DNA of 64,000 bases from an uncultured Thermodesulfatator sp. (GTDB lineage: Bacteria; Desulfobacterota; Dissulfuribacteria; Dissulfuribacterales; QOAL01): assembly GCA_964478865.1 (NCBI GenBank), contig CAYZJS010000087.1:17643-81642 (forward strand). The letters run 5' to 3'. A program made the translations under genes and the position numbers. Position 1 is the stretch's first letter, and every line of letters begins with the position of its first letter. This document shows positions 1 to 9,932 of this stretch, piece by piece. Below the pieces are notes generated by a model that made no database searches, was not told the DNA's origin, and worked only from the letters and a program-made list of their open reading frames with translations.

Positions 1-1637
1 ATCTTTCCGCTGGCATCCGCTGGCTCATCCTTCTCCGGCGGGTCAAGGGCAAGGTCGGAAAGCAGCTCCAGAGCATCCGAATAACCGTCAGACATGGCCT
101 TTAGCTGTACCAGCTCCTGAAGGCGCCTGGGGTAATCATCACTGTAGCTGTCTTCCAGGTAGGGCCTGTACCATCCCATGAGCTCACCCAGCAGGGAGGG
201 GAGGTCCCCTGAAAAATCCGAGAGGGAAAGTAGAAGCTCTCCAAGCCTTCTCACCTCATCCACCCAGACTGCCTTTCCCTTGTAGTGAGCAAGGGCTTCG
301 TAGGGAGAATCAGCCTTTATCATCTCTGAAAAGATCTTTTCGGCGCTCTTTGGCCCAAGCCGGCTCATGAGGAGAAGCACGCGGTTAAGGCTAAGCCTGT
401 CCTTCGGGTTTATTACCAGCCTGAGCAGGCAGACCAGGTCTTTTACATGGGCTGCATCTACCAGGCGCATTCCCCCTCTTTTTACAAAGGAAATGCCCGC
501 ATTGTTGAGCCTTGTTTCCAGCTGGTACGAATGAAAGGCCGCCCTGAAAAGGACCGCGATCTCCCCGGGCTCCACTCCCCGGGACAGATGTTCTTCTATG
601 GCCTGAACAACAAAGGCCGCCTGTTCATTTTCGTCCATTGCGGTAAAAAGCACCGGAGGGTTGCCGCCCTGCCTGTGGGCAGTGAGCCGCTTAGTGAATT
701 TCTGCCTGGCATTTGCAATTATGGCGTTTGTGCAGTCCAGGTTGGGCTGGGTGGTGCGGTAATTTTTTTCGAGCTTTATGATCCTGGTGCCGGGAAACAT
801 CCTGGGAAATTCCAGGATGTTCTTGAAATTCGCCCCCCTGAAGGAATAGATGGACTGGGAATCATCTCCCACGGCCATGACATTGTCATGGACCGATGCC
901 ATGAGCCTTACAATCTCTGCCTGGGCCATGTTGGTGTCCTGGTATTCGTCCACCATGATGTAGCGAAACCTTTGCCCCGTGGTGTTTCTTACATGTTCAA
1001 AATTCCTGAGCACTGCAAGCCATTTCAGGAGGAGATCGTCGTAATCCATGAGGCCATGGGCCGCCTTGTATTTCAGATATGCCTCGTGAAGCTCTCCTAC
1101 GGATGAAACATGCTCTGAAAGGTGGGGATAGTTGGCTTCGATCACCTCGTCGATCATGGCCCCGGAATTTGCGGCCTTACTGAAAATGGCACAAAGTGCC
1201 GCCTTTGTGGGGAACTTCTTCCCCTTGCCCGTAAGCTTCATCTGCTTTGCCAGAAGATGGATGAGATCCCGGCTGTCAGACTGGTCCATAATGGTAAAAC
1301 CAGCCGGATAGTCTATCAGGTGGGCATACTTCCGGAGCATCCTGTGGCAGAAACCGTGAAACGTGCCACCGTTCACCCTCTGGCATGATGCCCCCCCGAG
1401 CCTGGCCGCCCTTTCCAGCATGGTGGCGGCTGCCTTCCTGGTAAAGGTGAGAAGGAGTATGTTTTCCGGGGATATACCCTGCAGCACCAGCCTGGCAACC
1501 CTGTAGACCAGGGTCCTGGTCTTGCCGCTGCCGGCACCGGCTATCACCAGCAGGGGGCCCTGGTCGTGCATCACCGCCTGGTGCTGGCTGGAATTCAGCT
1601 CCCTTTCAAAGGAAATCCGTGCAAGATCATTTTTCAT
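1..1637 (-). CDS. UvrD/PcrA/Rep-family SF1 DNA helicase (C-terminal end runs off the window)
   Basis: Reverse translation from ATG at 1637 reads MKNDLARISFERELNSSQHQAVMHDQGPLLVIAGAGSGKTRTLVYRVARLV (Walker A). VDEYQDTN and GDDSQSIYSFRGA follow, and the frame is open to position 1. The + strand ORFs 447..1106 and 1122..1388 are its shadows. Confidence 0.85.
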   Translation of the reverse strand, partial: MKNDLARISFERELNSSQHQAVMHDQGPLLVIAGAGSGKTRTLVYRVARLVLQGISPENILLLTFTRKAAATMLERAARLGGASCQRVNGGTFHGFCHRMLRKYAHLIDYPAGFTIMDQSDSRDLIHLLAKQMKLTGKGKKFPTKAALCAIFSKAANSGAMIDEVIEANYPHLSEHVSSVGELHEAYLKYKAAHGLMDYDDLLLKWLAVLRNFEHVRNTTGQRFRYIMVDEYQDTNMAQAEIVRLMASVHDNVMAVGDDSQSIYSFRGANFKNILEFPRMFPGTRIIKLEKNYRTTQPNLDCTNAIIANARQKFTKRLTAHRQGGNPPVLFTAMDENEQAAFVVQAIEEHLSRGVEPGEIAVLFRAAFHSYQLETRLNNAGISFVKRGGMRLVDAAHVKDLVCLLRLVINPKDRLSLNRVLLLMSRLGPKSAEKIFSEMIKADSPYEALAHYKGKAVWVDEVRRLGELLLSLSDFSGDLPSLLGELMGWYRPYLEDSYSDDYPRRLQELVQLKAMSDGYSDALELLSDLALDPPEKDEPADASGK

Positions 1638-1762
1638 GTTCAAAAGTTTTCCGGGGTGTTATTTTTGTCTGGTTCTTCGTGAAAATAAATCAGCACCAGC
1701 CTATTTTCTGCCAGACGAAAAGTCAACGAAGGGGCCGGGGCGGTTATGAAAGGACCATAGTC

Positions 1763-2938
1763 ATGCAGAAGATCCCGCGGGGCTTTGGGAAGCTCCTGCT
1801 TCTTGCCTTTATATTTTATCTGAATTTTCTTTCAAGGATAATCATCTCCCCCCTGCTGCCCGAGATAAAGGAGGAGCTGGAAATAGGTGCGGCACAGGCC
1901 TCCGGGATGTTCCTGTTCCTGAGTCTTGGTTATTTCAGTGCTCTTCTTGGCTCCGGATTCATCTCTTCCAGGATCGGTCACAAAAAATCCATTCTCCTGT
2001 CTGTTAGCTGTGCATCACTGTGCCTCGTGACGATCAGCCTGTCCAACAGCCTCTATATTCTCTATGCAGGGTTCCTTGCCCTGGGGCTTGCCACAGGCAT
2101 CTATCTGCCATCGGGCATTGCCACCATCACGTCCCTGTTTGAACAAAGGTTCTGGGGACGGGCCTTTTCCGTGCACGAACTGGCCCCTAACCTTGCATTT
2201 ATCACAGCCCCGGTAATCGCCTCGGTTTTCCTGGACAGGTCTTCATGGCATCACCTAATGGCGCTTCTTGCAGGCATCTCCCTGTTCACCGGCATTGTAT
2301 TTCTCAAGATCGATGCAGGCAATTACCTGGGAACTGCCCCGAATCTTTCCTCGTGCTCCCTTTACCTGAAAAAGAAGGAATTCTGGCTCATGACCATCCT
2401 CTTTGGCCTTGGAATAACCAGCACCCTTGGAGTCTACAACATGCTTCCCCTGTACCTGGTTTCAATACACTCCATGTCAAAGGCAGATGCGAACATGCTG
2501 GTCAGCCTTTCAAGGGTGGCCACCCTTCTTACCGCCCTGGCAGGCGGATGGCTTTCCGACCGTTACGGCACCAGGATTGTCATGGGATGGATGCTTCTTT
2601 TCACCGGGGCAATAACAATTGCACTGGGGATGACCGAGGGCCTGATGCTGGAACTCTGCGTCTTCCTCCAGCCCCTCCTTGCGGTATGTTTTTTCCCAGC
2701 GGCCTTTGCTGCCATCTCGGAACTTTCCGGCCCCGAAGACAGAAACCTTCTCATCTCCATGGTGGTGCCCTTTGCCTTCCTGGCAGGCGGCGGGATCATG
2801 CCGCTAATAATCGGCATTTTTGCCGATCATGGACTCTTCCCTCAGGGGTTCGTGGTTACCGGGCTTTTTTTGGCCTCGGGCTTGTTTTTGAGCAGACTCA
2901 TGCCCGGCCATTCTTCCCTGGAATCAACAACAGTTTGA
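1763..2938 (+). CDS. MFS transporter
   Basis: ORF 1619..2938 trimmed to ATG 1763 (MQKIPRGFGKLLLLAFIFYLNF). It is hydrophobic throughout. MFS loop motifs GFISSRIGHKKS and WLSDRYGTRIVMG occur in the two halves. Confidence 0.8.
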   Translation: MQKIPRGFGKLLLLAFIFYLNFLSRIIISPLLPEIKEELEIGAAQASGMFLFLSLGYFSALLGSGFISSRIGHKKSILLSVSCASLCLVTISLSNSLYILYAGFLALGLATGIYLPSGIATITSLFEQRFWGRAFSVHELAPNLAFITAPVIASVFLDRSSWHHLMALLAGISLFTGIVFLKIDAGNYLGTAPNLSSCSLYLKKKEFWLMTILFGLGITSTLGVYNMLPLYLVSIHSMSKADANMLVSLSRVATLLTALAGGWLSDRYGTRIVMGWMLLFTGAITIALGMTEGLMLELCVFLQPLLAVCFFPAAFAAISELSGPEDRNLLISMVVPFAFLAGGGIMPLIIGIFADHGLFPQGFVVTGLFLASGLFLSRLMPGHSSLESTTV

Positions 2939-2961
2939 CATATCGGATAGGATCAAAGCAA

Positions 2962-2988
2962 GACAGCCAGCTAAAATCGCTGGCTGTC
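2962..2988 (+). terminator. hairpin after the MFS gene
   Basis: GACAGCCAGC-taaaatc-GCTGGCTGTC is a perfect 10-bp stem 24 nt after the stop. The trailing CTTTG is only a weak U-tract. Confidence 0.45.
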
Positions 2989-3115
2989 CTTTGATGCCCC
3001 AAGGGGCTGGCAATTTTACCCAATGCGTTGCGTTAAAAAAGGACTTGAAATACCAAGTATGCCGGTTAAGGCAAACTTGCCGCGTGCATAATCTCAATAA
3101 GTGTTGGTAGGTTTA

Positions 3116-3676
3116 TTACTTGTCGGGCTGAAACTGGGTGATCTTGTTGCCCTGGAGCCCGAGCCCTGCCATAAGCCCCTTCTGGTCGAAGAAAAAGGCA
3201 TAGATGTTGTCTTTGCCGGTAGTAGTGGTGAGACTTGTTGCCGCCCCCTTGTCCACTACCACAATGCTGGGGCCGACGCCTATTTCCCAGCCCTCGCTGT
3301 TGAGCAGGTATTTTAGCGCCTTGTCAGACATGAAAAACAGCGCATAGCCAAATGCCTGGGCACCTGCCTGAAGACCATAGGAACCGCCCATGGTCTTGTA
3401 ATAACCAACGATATTATTGTTAACGATGAGTGCTCCTTCCCCATACTGGCCGCCAATTATGAAGCCGGCCTTGTATACCTTGGGGAATACGAGGATGCCC
3501 TTTGCAGCCTTGCCGAGCTTTGCAGCCTCGGGAGAGGTGCTGTAGAGCTGGTGAAGGGCCTTTATTACTTCCCTGTTCAACTCCTGGGCAGAGGTTGCAA
3601 ATGCAGCCATGCTCCCTGCGGCAACAAATGCCATTGAAAGCATGTAAACAAGCAGGATTTTTGACAGTCTTTTCAT
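3116..3676 (-). CDS. periplasmic SYLF (Ysc84/DUF500) lipid-binding domain protein
   Basis: Start moved to MKRLSKILLVYMLSMAFVAAGSMAAFA (signal peptide). GILVFPKVYKAGFIIGGQYGEGAL and GLQAGAQAFGYALFF match the SYLF pattern as I remember it. Confidence 0.7.
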   Translation of the reverse strand: MKRLSKILLVYMLSMAFVAAGSMAAFATSAQELNREVIKALHQLYSTSPEAAKLGKAAKGILVFPKVYKAGFIIGGQYGEGALIVNNNIVGYYKTMGGSYGLQAGAQAFGYALFFMSDKALKYLLNSEGWEIGVGPSIVVVDKGAATSLTTTTGKDNIYAFFFDQKGLMAGLGLQGNKITQFQPDK

Positions 3677-3696
3677 GATCGTTCTCCTTTTAAAAA

Positions 3697-4527
3697 CTAC
3701 CAGCTGTAGGCCAGGCCTAGTCCGCCGATCCACTGGTCCGAAGAACCCCTCTTGTCAACCACGGGGCTGTCGTCGGCATCATCCAGCATGCGCCTGTACT
3801 GGATTCCCGCAGCCACATGCCAGTTCATGTTCAGATGCATTACCAGAACAGGATTAATCCTGATGTCCTTTACCCCGCTGTCTGCATCAAAAACCGGAAG
3901 CCCGGAGCGCAGGGAATCCTTCTTGTCCACGCCGAAATATGTCTCCATGTAATTGTCACTTGCATAGACCACGGTAAATCCCAGGCCGGCATCAAACATG
4001 GCCGAAAGGGGATACCAGCCCCTTACATTTGCAGAAACGGTATAGCCGTCGTGTTCGTCTCCGATATCGGCAAGGCAGTCGATGTCTGCCAGGAACCTTT
4101 TGCGGGGATTGTCGCTGTCGGTGAATTCAACTCCAATCCAGCCCCCTGCTTCCAGCGTGCCGTCTATTTCCTTCATCTTTTTCACGTAATGATCCTCAAC
4201 GTCGTCATCTCTTCCCCAGTGATAGTTGAGGGATGGCCCCAGGCGGAACCAGGGATGGTCCACGAGGTTGACCTGCATCTCATACGCCTTGATCAGGAGA
4301 TACTGTTCGTGACCCTCGAGCTTGAACTTTGCAAAGGGTGCAACCCCCCATGTGTAATCGTCCGAACCTTCGTAATCGGGCACAATGCCTGCCCCTACGC
4401 CAAGGACTCTCGGCATGTTATCGATGACGAGATTCATCTCCTGGGCCTTTACGGCTGTACTTCCAAATACGGTTACGACGGTCAATATGCAGACAATAAC
4501 CGCCGCAAGCATTTTAGGCTTTTTCAT
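3697..4527 (-). CDS. MipA/OmpV-family outer-membrane beta-barrel protein
   Basis: Signal peptide MKKPKMLAAVIVCILTVVTVFGSTAVKA. GAGIVPDYEGSDDY is the MipA hallmark. The C-terminal GGLGLAYSW is a barrel-closing strand. Confidence 0.8.
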   Translation of the reverse strand: MKKPKMLAAVIVCILTVVTVFGSTAVKAQEMNLVIDNMPRVLGVGAGIVPDYEGSDDYTWGVAPFAKFKLEGHEQYLLIKAYEMQVNLVDHPWFRLGPSLNYHWGRDDDVEDHYVKKMKEIDGTLEAGGWIGVEFTDSDNPRKRFLADIDCLADIGDEHDGYTVSANVRGWYPLSAMFDAGLGFTVVYASDNYMETYFGVDKKDSLRSGLPVFDADSGVKDIRINPVLVMHLNMNWHVAAGIQYRRMLDDADDSPVVDKRGSSDQWIGGLGLAYSW

Positions 4528-4722
4528 TCATTTCCTCCTTTATTTATGTGGAAAATAGCTATCGGTGAAAGATCTTTTAATGTTTTTGGTGCGAAAAGGT
4601 ATCAAAAAATGGTGCATCTCCATGGGACAGATCCAAAGTCATCTAAAACCAATGAATGTGTATTGTCAAGGCAGGACAGGCCCACGGACAGCCCAAGGGC
4701 AATGCCTCCCCCGGGGTTGCGC

Positions 4723-5421
4723 TCACCTGAAAAACTTACGTACAAACCTTTCTGCCGAGGCCACATCCTCCGGCCTGTCCACGTCCAGGACCTTGCCAAG
4801 GTCCACCCCGCAGGCAGTACCCTGCCCTGAAAATGCCAGTTCCTTCAACAATATCCTGAGCGCTGAGTAGCCCCTCGGGTCCCTGTTTCTGCCCATGGCG
4901 GTGTCAAGGAGATAGGCCCCTGTTGTAACAAACCTTCCGCTCGTTCCTCCCATGGAGGTAATGGAACAGTCGCTATCAATGTCTACGAAAAGGGGCTTTT
5001 CGTCCTCCACGTAGGATGTGATGCCAAGGTACAGGGCCTTGTTCGGCCTTTCCCGGACCATTTCCCTGAACCTTTTCAGCATTCCCGGCAGGTAGATGGA
5101 ATCCACCGTGGTAACAAGGACCTTCCTGTTTTCATGCCAGCTTCCAAGCAGGGTCAGGAAGCTTTCGGAAGAACTGCCGGTGTCCTGGCAGATGAATCTG
5201 AATTCCATTTCCGGAAAGGCCCCTTGCACAAAATCCACGCATTCCCCGCAGATGGAATTCCTGAATATGATATGTATCCTTTCGATGCCGGCATCTTTAA
5301 ACTGGGCAAGCGTCCAGGAGATAAGGGGCCTTCCGCCCACCTCGAGAAGCGGCTTGCAGGAGGTGATCCCTGCCTCCCAGAGCCTGCTGCCAAGGCCTGC
5401 TGCAATTATCCCGCCTTCCAT
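4723..5421 (-). CDS. sugar-phosphate nucleotidyltransferase-fold protein
   Basis: Start moved to MEGGIIAAGLGSRLWE (G-x-G-x-R NTP-transferase loop), 13 nt after the upstream stop. The longer ORF to 5511 would overlap the HAD gene by 77 nt. Confidence 0.7.
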   Translation of the reverse strand: MEGGIIAAGLGSRLWEAGITSCKPLLEVGGRPLISWTLAQFKDAGIERIHIIFRNSICGECVDFVQGAFPEMEFRFICQDTGSSSESFLTLLGSWHENRKVLVTTVDSIYLPGMLKRFREMVRERPNKALYLGITSYVEDEKPLFVDIDSDCSITSMGGTSGRFVTTGAYLLDTAMGRNRDPRGYSALRILLKELAFSGQGTACGVDLGKVLDVDRPEDVASAERFVRKFFR

Positions 5422-5434
5422 TCCTGCAATTACC

Positions 5435-6130
5435 TCAAAGGCCGAGGAGTGCCGGAATTTCCCCAAGGCCTGAAATAACCCGGCATCCCGCGATTGTTTG
5501 GCCCGCTTCATTCGTGTTGGGACCTTTCAGCCATACCGGATGCATGCCAATGGCTTCTGCGCCCCTTATATCCCTTGCAAGGGAGTCTCCCACCATCACG
5601 GAACGGGCTGGCTCCACCTCCAGGGCATCAAGTCCGGCATTGAAAATCCTGGGGTCCGGTTTTACATGTCCCACCAGGTTGGAATCCACCATGACGTCCA
5701 TCAGGGCATCAAGGCCTGTTTCCCTGCAAATATTTTCCAGGTTTCCATAATTATTTGAAATGATACCGAGCCTGAAGTGCCTTTTCAGGCTTTTTAGAAC
5801 CGGGATGTTTTTTTCTATGCTGGCAAAGGAATCCCGAAGAAACTGTGACGAGATCTTTCTGACAAGCCTGTCATCCTCGACCCCCAGATGGTCCAGTACC
5901 CTTCGGACCTGTTCATGCACAATCCCGGATAGATTCAGATGAACGGGGTTTTCATCAACCAGGCTGTCGTCAGACGCATAAAAGGCCCTTGCAAAGACCT
6001 CGGGTTCGATGTCGAGTCCGGCCTGGAGATACAAGGGATAAAACCTGTCCCTCCAGGCAATCCCTTGTGCATCCAGGGTCCCGCCGTAATCAAAAAACAG
6101 GGCCCTTATTCTGCCCGGTTCCTGGATCAT
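5435..6130 (-). CDS. HAD-superfamily hydrolase/phosphatase
   Basis: Motif I FFDYGGTLD and motif IV GDSLARDIRGA. ATG 6130 overlaps the upstream stop as ATGA. Confidence 0.8.
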   Translation of the reverse strand: MIQEPGRIRALFFDYGGTLDAQGIAWRDRFYPLYLQAGLDIEPEVFARAFYASDDSLVDENPVHLNLSGIVHEQVRRVLDHLGVEDDRLVRKISSQFLRDSFASIEKNIPVLKSLKRHFRLGIISNNYGNLENICRETGLDALMDVMVDSNLVGHVKPDPRIFNAGLDALEVEPARSVMVGDSLARDIRGAEAIGMHPVWLKGPNTNEAGQTIAGCRVISGLGEIPALLGL

Positions 6131-6765
6131 GCCGGGGCCACGCATTTTTTCGTATAGTCTTCCAGTCTTGAAATAAGCTGGTCTATGGAGTGTTCCTTAA
6201 GAAAACTTGCATAGGCCGCCCGTTTTACCGAAAGATCGTTCACTCCCCTTGCCGCCACTGCAACGATCTTCCACCTGCCTTCCTTTTGCCTGCAAGTGTA
6301 GTCGAGGGTGATCTTTTCTCCATCAGATTTCACCAGGACCGTCTCCACTTTCATATGGCCCCGCTCATCCGGCCCGGAATAGATGGTCTTGAAGGTCTCT
6401 CCAGACCAGGAGTCGAACCTGGACGCGTAGGTGGCAACTGTCATACGCGCAAAGGCCCGGACGAATTCCTGCCTCTTTTTTTCATCCATTTCCTTCCAGT
6501 GACGTCCCAGGACAATTCTGGAGATCAGCGGGAAGTCAAAGGAGTCCAGGATATAGGATTCCAGGAGGCGAAATCTTTCCTGGCACGAATCCTTTTTGCC
6601 TGCCTTCATGGACTGGATAAGGAGTGAATGCAGGCCTTCCACCACCTGTACGGCAGTGGCGTTCCCGGTTTCTTCTCCGGGATTCTTCTGTGAAAATGCA
6701 AAACCCGTCCACATGATTGAACACAGCAGTATGCAGAAAGTAAGTGTCAAAAAGGCTCTCTTCAT
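6127..6765 (-). CDS. MlaC/Ttg2D-family periplasmic lipid-binding protein (HpnM-like)
   Basis: Signal peptide MKRAFLTLTFCILLCSIMWTGFAFS. DFPLISRIVLGRHWKEMDEKKRQEFVRAF is typical of Ttg2D/MlaC. The start overlaps the upstream stop as ATGA. Confidence 0.7.
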   Translation of the reverse strand: MKRAFLTLTFCILLCSIMWTGFAFSQKNPGEETGNATAVQVVEGLHSLLIQSMKAGKKDSCQERFRLLESYILDSFDFPLISRIVLGRHWKEMDEKKRQEFVRAFARMTVATYASRFDSWSGETFKTIYSGPDERGHMKVETVLVKSDGEKITLDYTCRQKEGRWKIVAVAARGVNDLSVKRAAYASFLKEHSIDQLISRLEDYTKKCVAPA

Positions 6766-7745
6766 TCCTCCTCCTTTTGTCTTTTTTTTATCATAAGCCG
6801 CCCCTCGTCGATCTGCCACATGACCAGTCCGGGGATTCCCAGGGACAACTCTCTGAACCTCTTTGCAAGAGACATTCCCAGGGCCAGCTCGGGGCTGAGG
6901 CCGATCAGGCTGCCCAGGAGAACGAATCCTCCTTCCTGGACCCCGAAGGCACCCGGCACCAAAAAGGCCACGCCTCTTACCACCTGCCCCAGGCTCTCAA
7001 GAAGTATTGCTTCAAGTACAGATGTGCCAGCCCCCATGAAGTGAAGGGCTATCCATACCTCCAGCGTTCCGGAAAACCAGCCCAGGAGGCGCCAGAAGCA
7101 GGAATGGAGGATGATAGCCTTTCTGTGATATAGGGAAAAGATGGCCTCATCAAGGGCCCTGGCATCCAGGGCCAGTTCTTCAAGCTTGTCTCTGCTTATG
7201 ATTACAGACATGAAATTCAGGAGCTTTCCCCAGAACCCCCGTTTCTGAACCATTATGAAAAGTACCGCCAGGGTGCTCATGACCGCAACGGCAAAGGCAG
7301 ACTCCTTTATGAGGGCCTTTTCTCCAAGGTAAAGGAGTAGCCCTATCCCTACGATTGCAAAGATGAGCTGGGTAACGAGGGCCAGGGTGATTTCCACGAA
7401 TACACTGGCCCCTGCCTCGGAAACAGGATAACCCCTGACCGCAAGCATGCGGGCCCTTACCAGGTCTCCGCCCACCTGGGCTGCGGGCAGCAGGGAATTT
7501 ATTGATTCTCCCACCCATCTTGCCTTTACCAGGAGCCAGTAGGAGGGTTTTTCCCGGCCAAGGAAGAGTAGCCTCCAAGCGACAGAATCGATAATCAGGG
7601 GGGCGGCATGGGAGGCGGCAACCAGGAGCAGTCCCCACCCGGCAAGCTGCAGGGCACTGAAGACGTCATCGATCCCGAAGTAGAGAATTATTCCCACAAG
7701 GGCAGTCACGCCTGCCACAAAAAGGATGTAACCGGTTTTCTTCAT
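6762..7745 (-). CDS. UPF0104 / lysyl-PG-synthase-TM-region (flippase-like) membrane protein (HpnL-like)
   Basis: Polytopic 327-aa protein with WRLLFLG...ARWVGESINSLLPAAQVGGDLVRARML, the conserved UPF0104 core. Confidence 0.7.
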   Translation of the reverse strand: MKKTGYILFVAGVTALVGIILYFGIDDVFSALQLAGWGLLLVAASHAAPLIIDSVAWRLLFLGREKPSYWLLVKARWVGESINSLLPAAQVGGDLVRARMLAVRGYPVSEAGASVFVEITLALVTQLIFAIVGIGLLLYLGEKALIKESAFAVAVMSTLAVLFIMVQKRGFWGKLLNFMSVIISRDKLEELALDARALDEAIFSLYHRKAIILHSCFWRLLGWFSGTLEVWIALHFMGAGTSVLEAILLESLGQVVRGVAFLVPGAFGVQEGGFVLLGSLIGLSPELALGMSLAKRFRELSLGIPGLVMWQIDEGRLMIKKRQKEEE

Positions 7746-7778
7746 GGCTTCAGAGGATCGGGCCTGCCGGAAACGCCT

Positions 7779-8765
7779 TCATGCCAGCCCCCTGGAACGG
7801 AACCAGGCTACCGCGTCTTCAAGGGCCTGGTGGGCAGGTCTTGGCCGGTACCCGAGTTCCCTCCCGGCCTTTTCCGTAGAAAAGAACATCTTTTTCCTGG
7901 CAAGCCTTACCCCGTCAACCGTAACCATGGGTTCCCTTCCAGTAATGCGGGCCAGTGCCTCGGCAACATGGGCAACCGGCAAGATCAGGTTGTGGGGCAG
8001 GCTGATCCTTGGCGGGGTCCTGCCTGCAATTTCAGCGATTTTTTCCAGGATCTGCCTGAGGGTCATGTTCTCGGCGCCAAGGATGTACCTTTCCCCGGTC
8101 TTTCCCTTTTTGAATGCCAACAGATGCCCCATTGCCACGTCGTCCACATGGACAATGTTCAGCCCGGTATCAACATACGCCGGCATTTTCCCCTGGGCGG
8201 CCTCGAGTATCATCCTTCCAGTGGGTGTGGGCTTGATGTCCCTGGGGCCTGCCGGGGTTGAAGGATTCACTATGACCACGTCCAGCCCCTTTTCCCTTGC
8301 AAGCTTCCGCACCGCCTCTTCTGCCAGGAACTTTGATCTCTTGTAATGGCCGATCATGTCAGACAGGGTTACAGGTGTGTCTTCATCTGCCGGGGTGCCG
8401 TCAGGATGGAGGCCCAGGGTTGCCACACTGCTGGTATAGACGACCCTTTCCACTCCCTCCTCCATGGCTGCCTCCATGACATTCACGGTCCCTTCCACGT
8501 TGTTTCTGTAGATCTCTCCAGGCCTTGGGACCCAGAGCCTGTAGTCCGCCGCCACGTGAAACAGGTATCTGCAGCCTTTAAGGGCCTTTCGAAGGCTTTT
8601 CCGGTCGGTCAGGTCTCCCTGGACCACGTCCACTTCGATTCCCTCGAGGTTGGAAAGATTGCTGCTGCTCCTTACCAGGGCCCTGACCGAAAACCCCTCC
8701 TCCAGGAGAAGCCGGGCTACCGCAGAGCCTACAAATCCCGTTGCACCGGTGACTAATGTTTTCAT
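7779..8765 (-). CDS. NAD-dependent epimerase/dehydratase, extended SDR (HpnA-like)
   Basis: MKTLVTGATGFVGSAVARLLLEEG Rossmann motif and a Y-x3-K catalytic pair (YKRSK). Length and layout resemble hopanoid-associated sugar epimerase. Confidence 0.8.
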   Translation of the reverse strand: MKTLVTGATGFVGSAVARLLLEEGFSVRALVRSSSNLSNLEGIEVDVVQGDLTDRKSLRKALKGCRYLFHVAADYRLWVPRPGEIYRNNVEGTVNVMEAAMEEGVERVVYTSSVATLGLHPDGTPADEDTPVTLSDMIGHYKRSKFLAEEAVRKLAREKGLDVVIVNPSTPAGPRDIKPTPTGRMILEAAQGKMPAYVDTGLNIVHVDDVAMGHLLAFKKGKTGERYILGAENMTLRQILEKIAEIAGRTPPRISLPHNLILPVAHVAEALARITGREPMVTVDGVRLARKKMFFSTEKAGRELGYRPRPAHQALEDAVAWFRSRGLA

Positions 8766-9061
8766 GACTGATAAAAATACTCCTTTTCAGGGATCAACCG
8801 ACCCGGTTACCCATGAAACAAAAAGATGACAACTGGTTTTTACAAGTCCATCCCGCCCTGATTTTTTAAGGTTTCCCGGAGGAGATGAATGGAAAACAAA
8901 TATATTAAAAAATCAGCCAGGTGTAATCCTTTTCCAAAAACAGGCCGATAAAAGAGCAGGGTTCCGGGGAAAAACGCACTTGCCCATAACCCTGGTTCAT
9001 AATATCATTGACTGAACTGAACGAGAATTCAGTAAAGGTTATCCAGGTTGATTTTTTATAA

Positions 9062-9871
9062 ATGGGGAAAGATATGAAAAAATATGAGGTGTTACCAGCG
9101 TTTTTTTTGTTTGTTTTCTTTTTCGTGTATGCCGGCTCCTCAAACCTCTTTGCAGGTGAACAGAAAACCGACCACCAGGCCAGCCATGGCGCTGATCAGG
9201 CCCAGGCATTGAACATGGAAGAAGACGATTCCTACCTCGAGGAATGGACAGGCGAAACCGGCACCTCTGACCTCTCGGATCCTCTGGAGCCTGTAAACCG
9301 TGTCTTTTACCACTTTAATGACAAGCTCTACTTCTGGGGAATAAAACCCATCTGCCAGGCCTACAACAAGGTACTTCCAGAGCCAGCCAGGATAGGGCTC
9401 AAAAATTTCTTCTCAAATGTTTATACCCCTGTAAGGGCCGGCAACTGCCTGCTCCAGGGCAAGTTTGCCGGCTTCTGGAAGGAGATAGCACGTTTTATCA
9501 TCAACACCACCAGCGGGTATCTCGGCTTCAGGGATGCTGCATTCCACAATTACAAGGTGGAAAAGAGCCAGGAAGATTTTGGCCAGACCTTGGCGGTCTA
9601 CGGCCTTGGCAACGGGCCTTACCTGGTAATTCCATTTATCGGCCCGACCACGGTAAGGGATGGAGTCGGCCTGGCCGCAGACGGTTACATGAATCCGCCA
9701 AATTATTTTCTGGGTTTCTGGGAAATCCTTGGGAAAAACGCCGGGGAAAAAATCAATGACGTGTCCCTGAGGCTCGGCGAATATGAAAGCTTCAAGGAAA
9801 CCGCCATTGACCCCTATGTTTCCATAAGACAGGCCTATTACCAGTACAGGCAAAAACAGATCAAGAAATAG
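9062..9871 (+). CDS. mlaA: MlaA/VacJ-family outer-membrane lipoprotein
   Basis: DPLEPVNRVFYHFNDKLYFWGIKP...NFFSNVYTPVRAGNCLLQGK is the MlaA core. There is an N-terminal signal sequence. An alternative start lies at 9074. Confidence 0.8.
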   Translation: MGKDMKKYEVLPAFFLFVFFFVYAGSSNLFAGEQKTDHQASHGADQAQALNMEEDDSYLEEWTGETGTSDLSDPLEPVNRVFYHFNDKLYFWGIKPICQAYNKVLPEPARIGLKNFFSNVYTPVRAGNCLLQGKFAGFWKEIARFIINTTSGYLGFRDAAFHNYKVEKSQEDFGQTLAVYGLGNGPYLVIPFIGPTTVRDGVGLAADGYMNPPNYFLGFWEILGKNAGEKINDVSLRLGEYESFKETAIDPYVSIRQAYYQYRQKQIKK

Positions 9872-9932
9872 CCTGGCCCCTAACTGCCAGCTTTCCCCAT
9901 AAGCATCCGGCGGCTACTCAGGGCCTCACCCA

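Noticed and set aside
447-1388. Plus-strand ORFs of 219 aa and 88 aa at the window start
   Set aside because: They lie antisense to a helicase reading frame with Walker A, DEYQD and GDDSQSIYSFRGA motifs. Their own translations are low-complexity with no motifs, so they are shadow ORFs.
3817-4830. 337-aa plus-strand ORF
   Set aside because: It is antisense to the MipA-family gene and runs through an intergenic region. It has no RBS and no recognisable domain, which is typical of a GC-rich shadow ORF.
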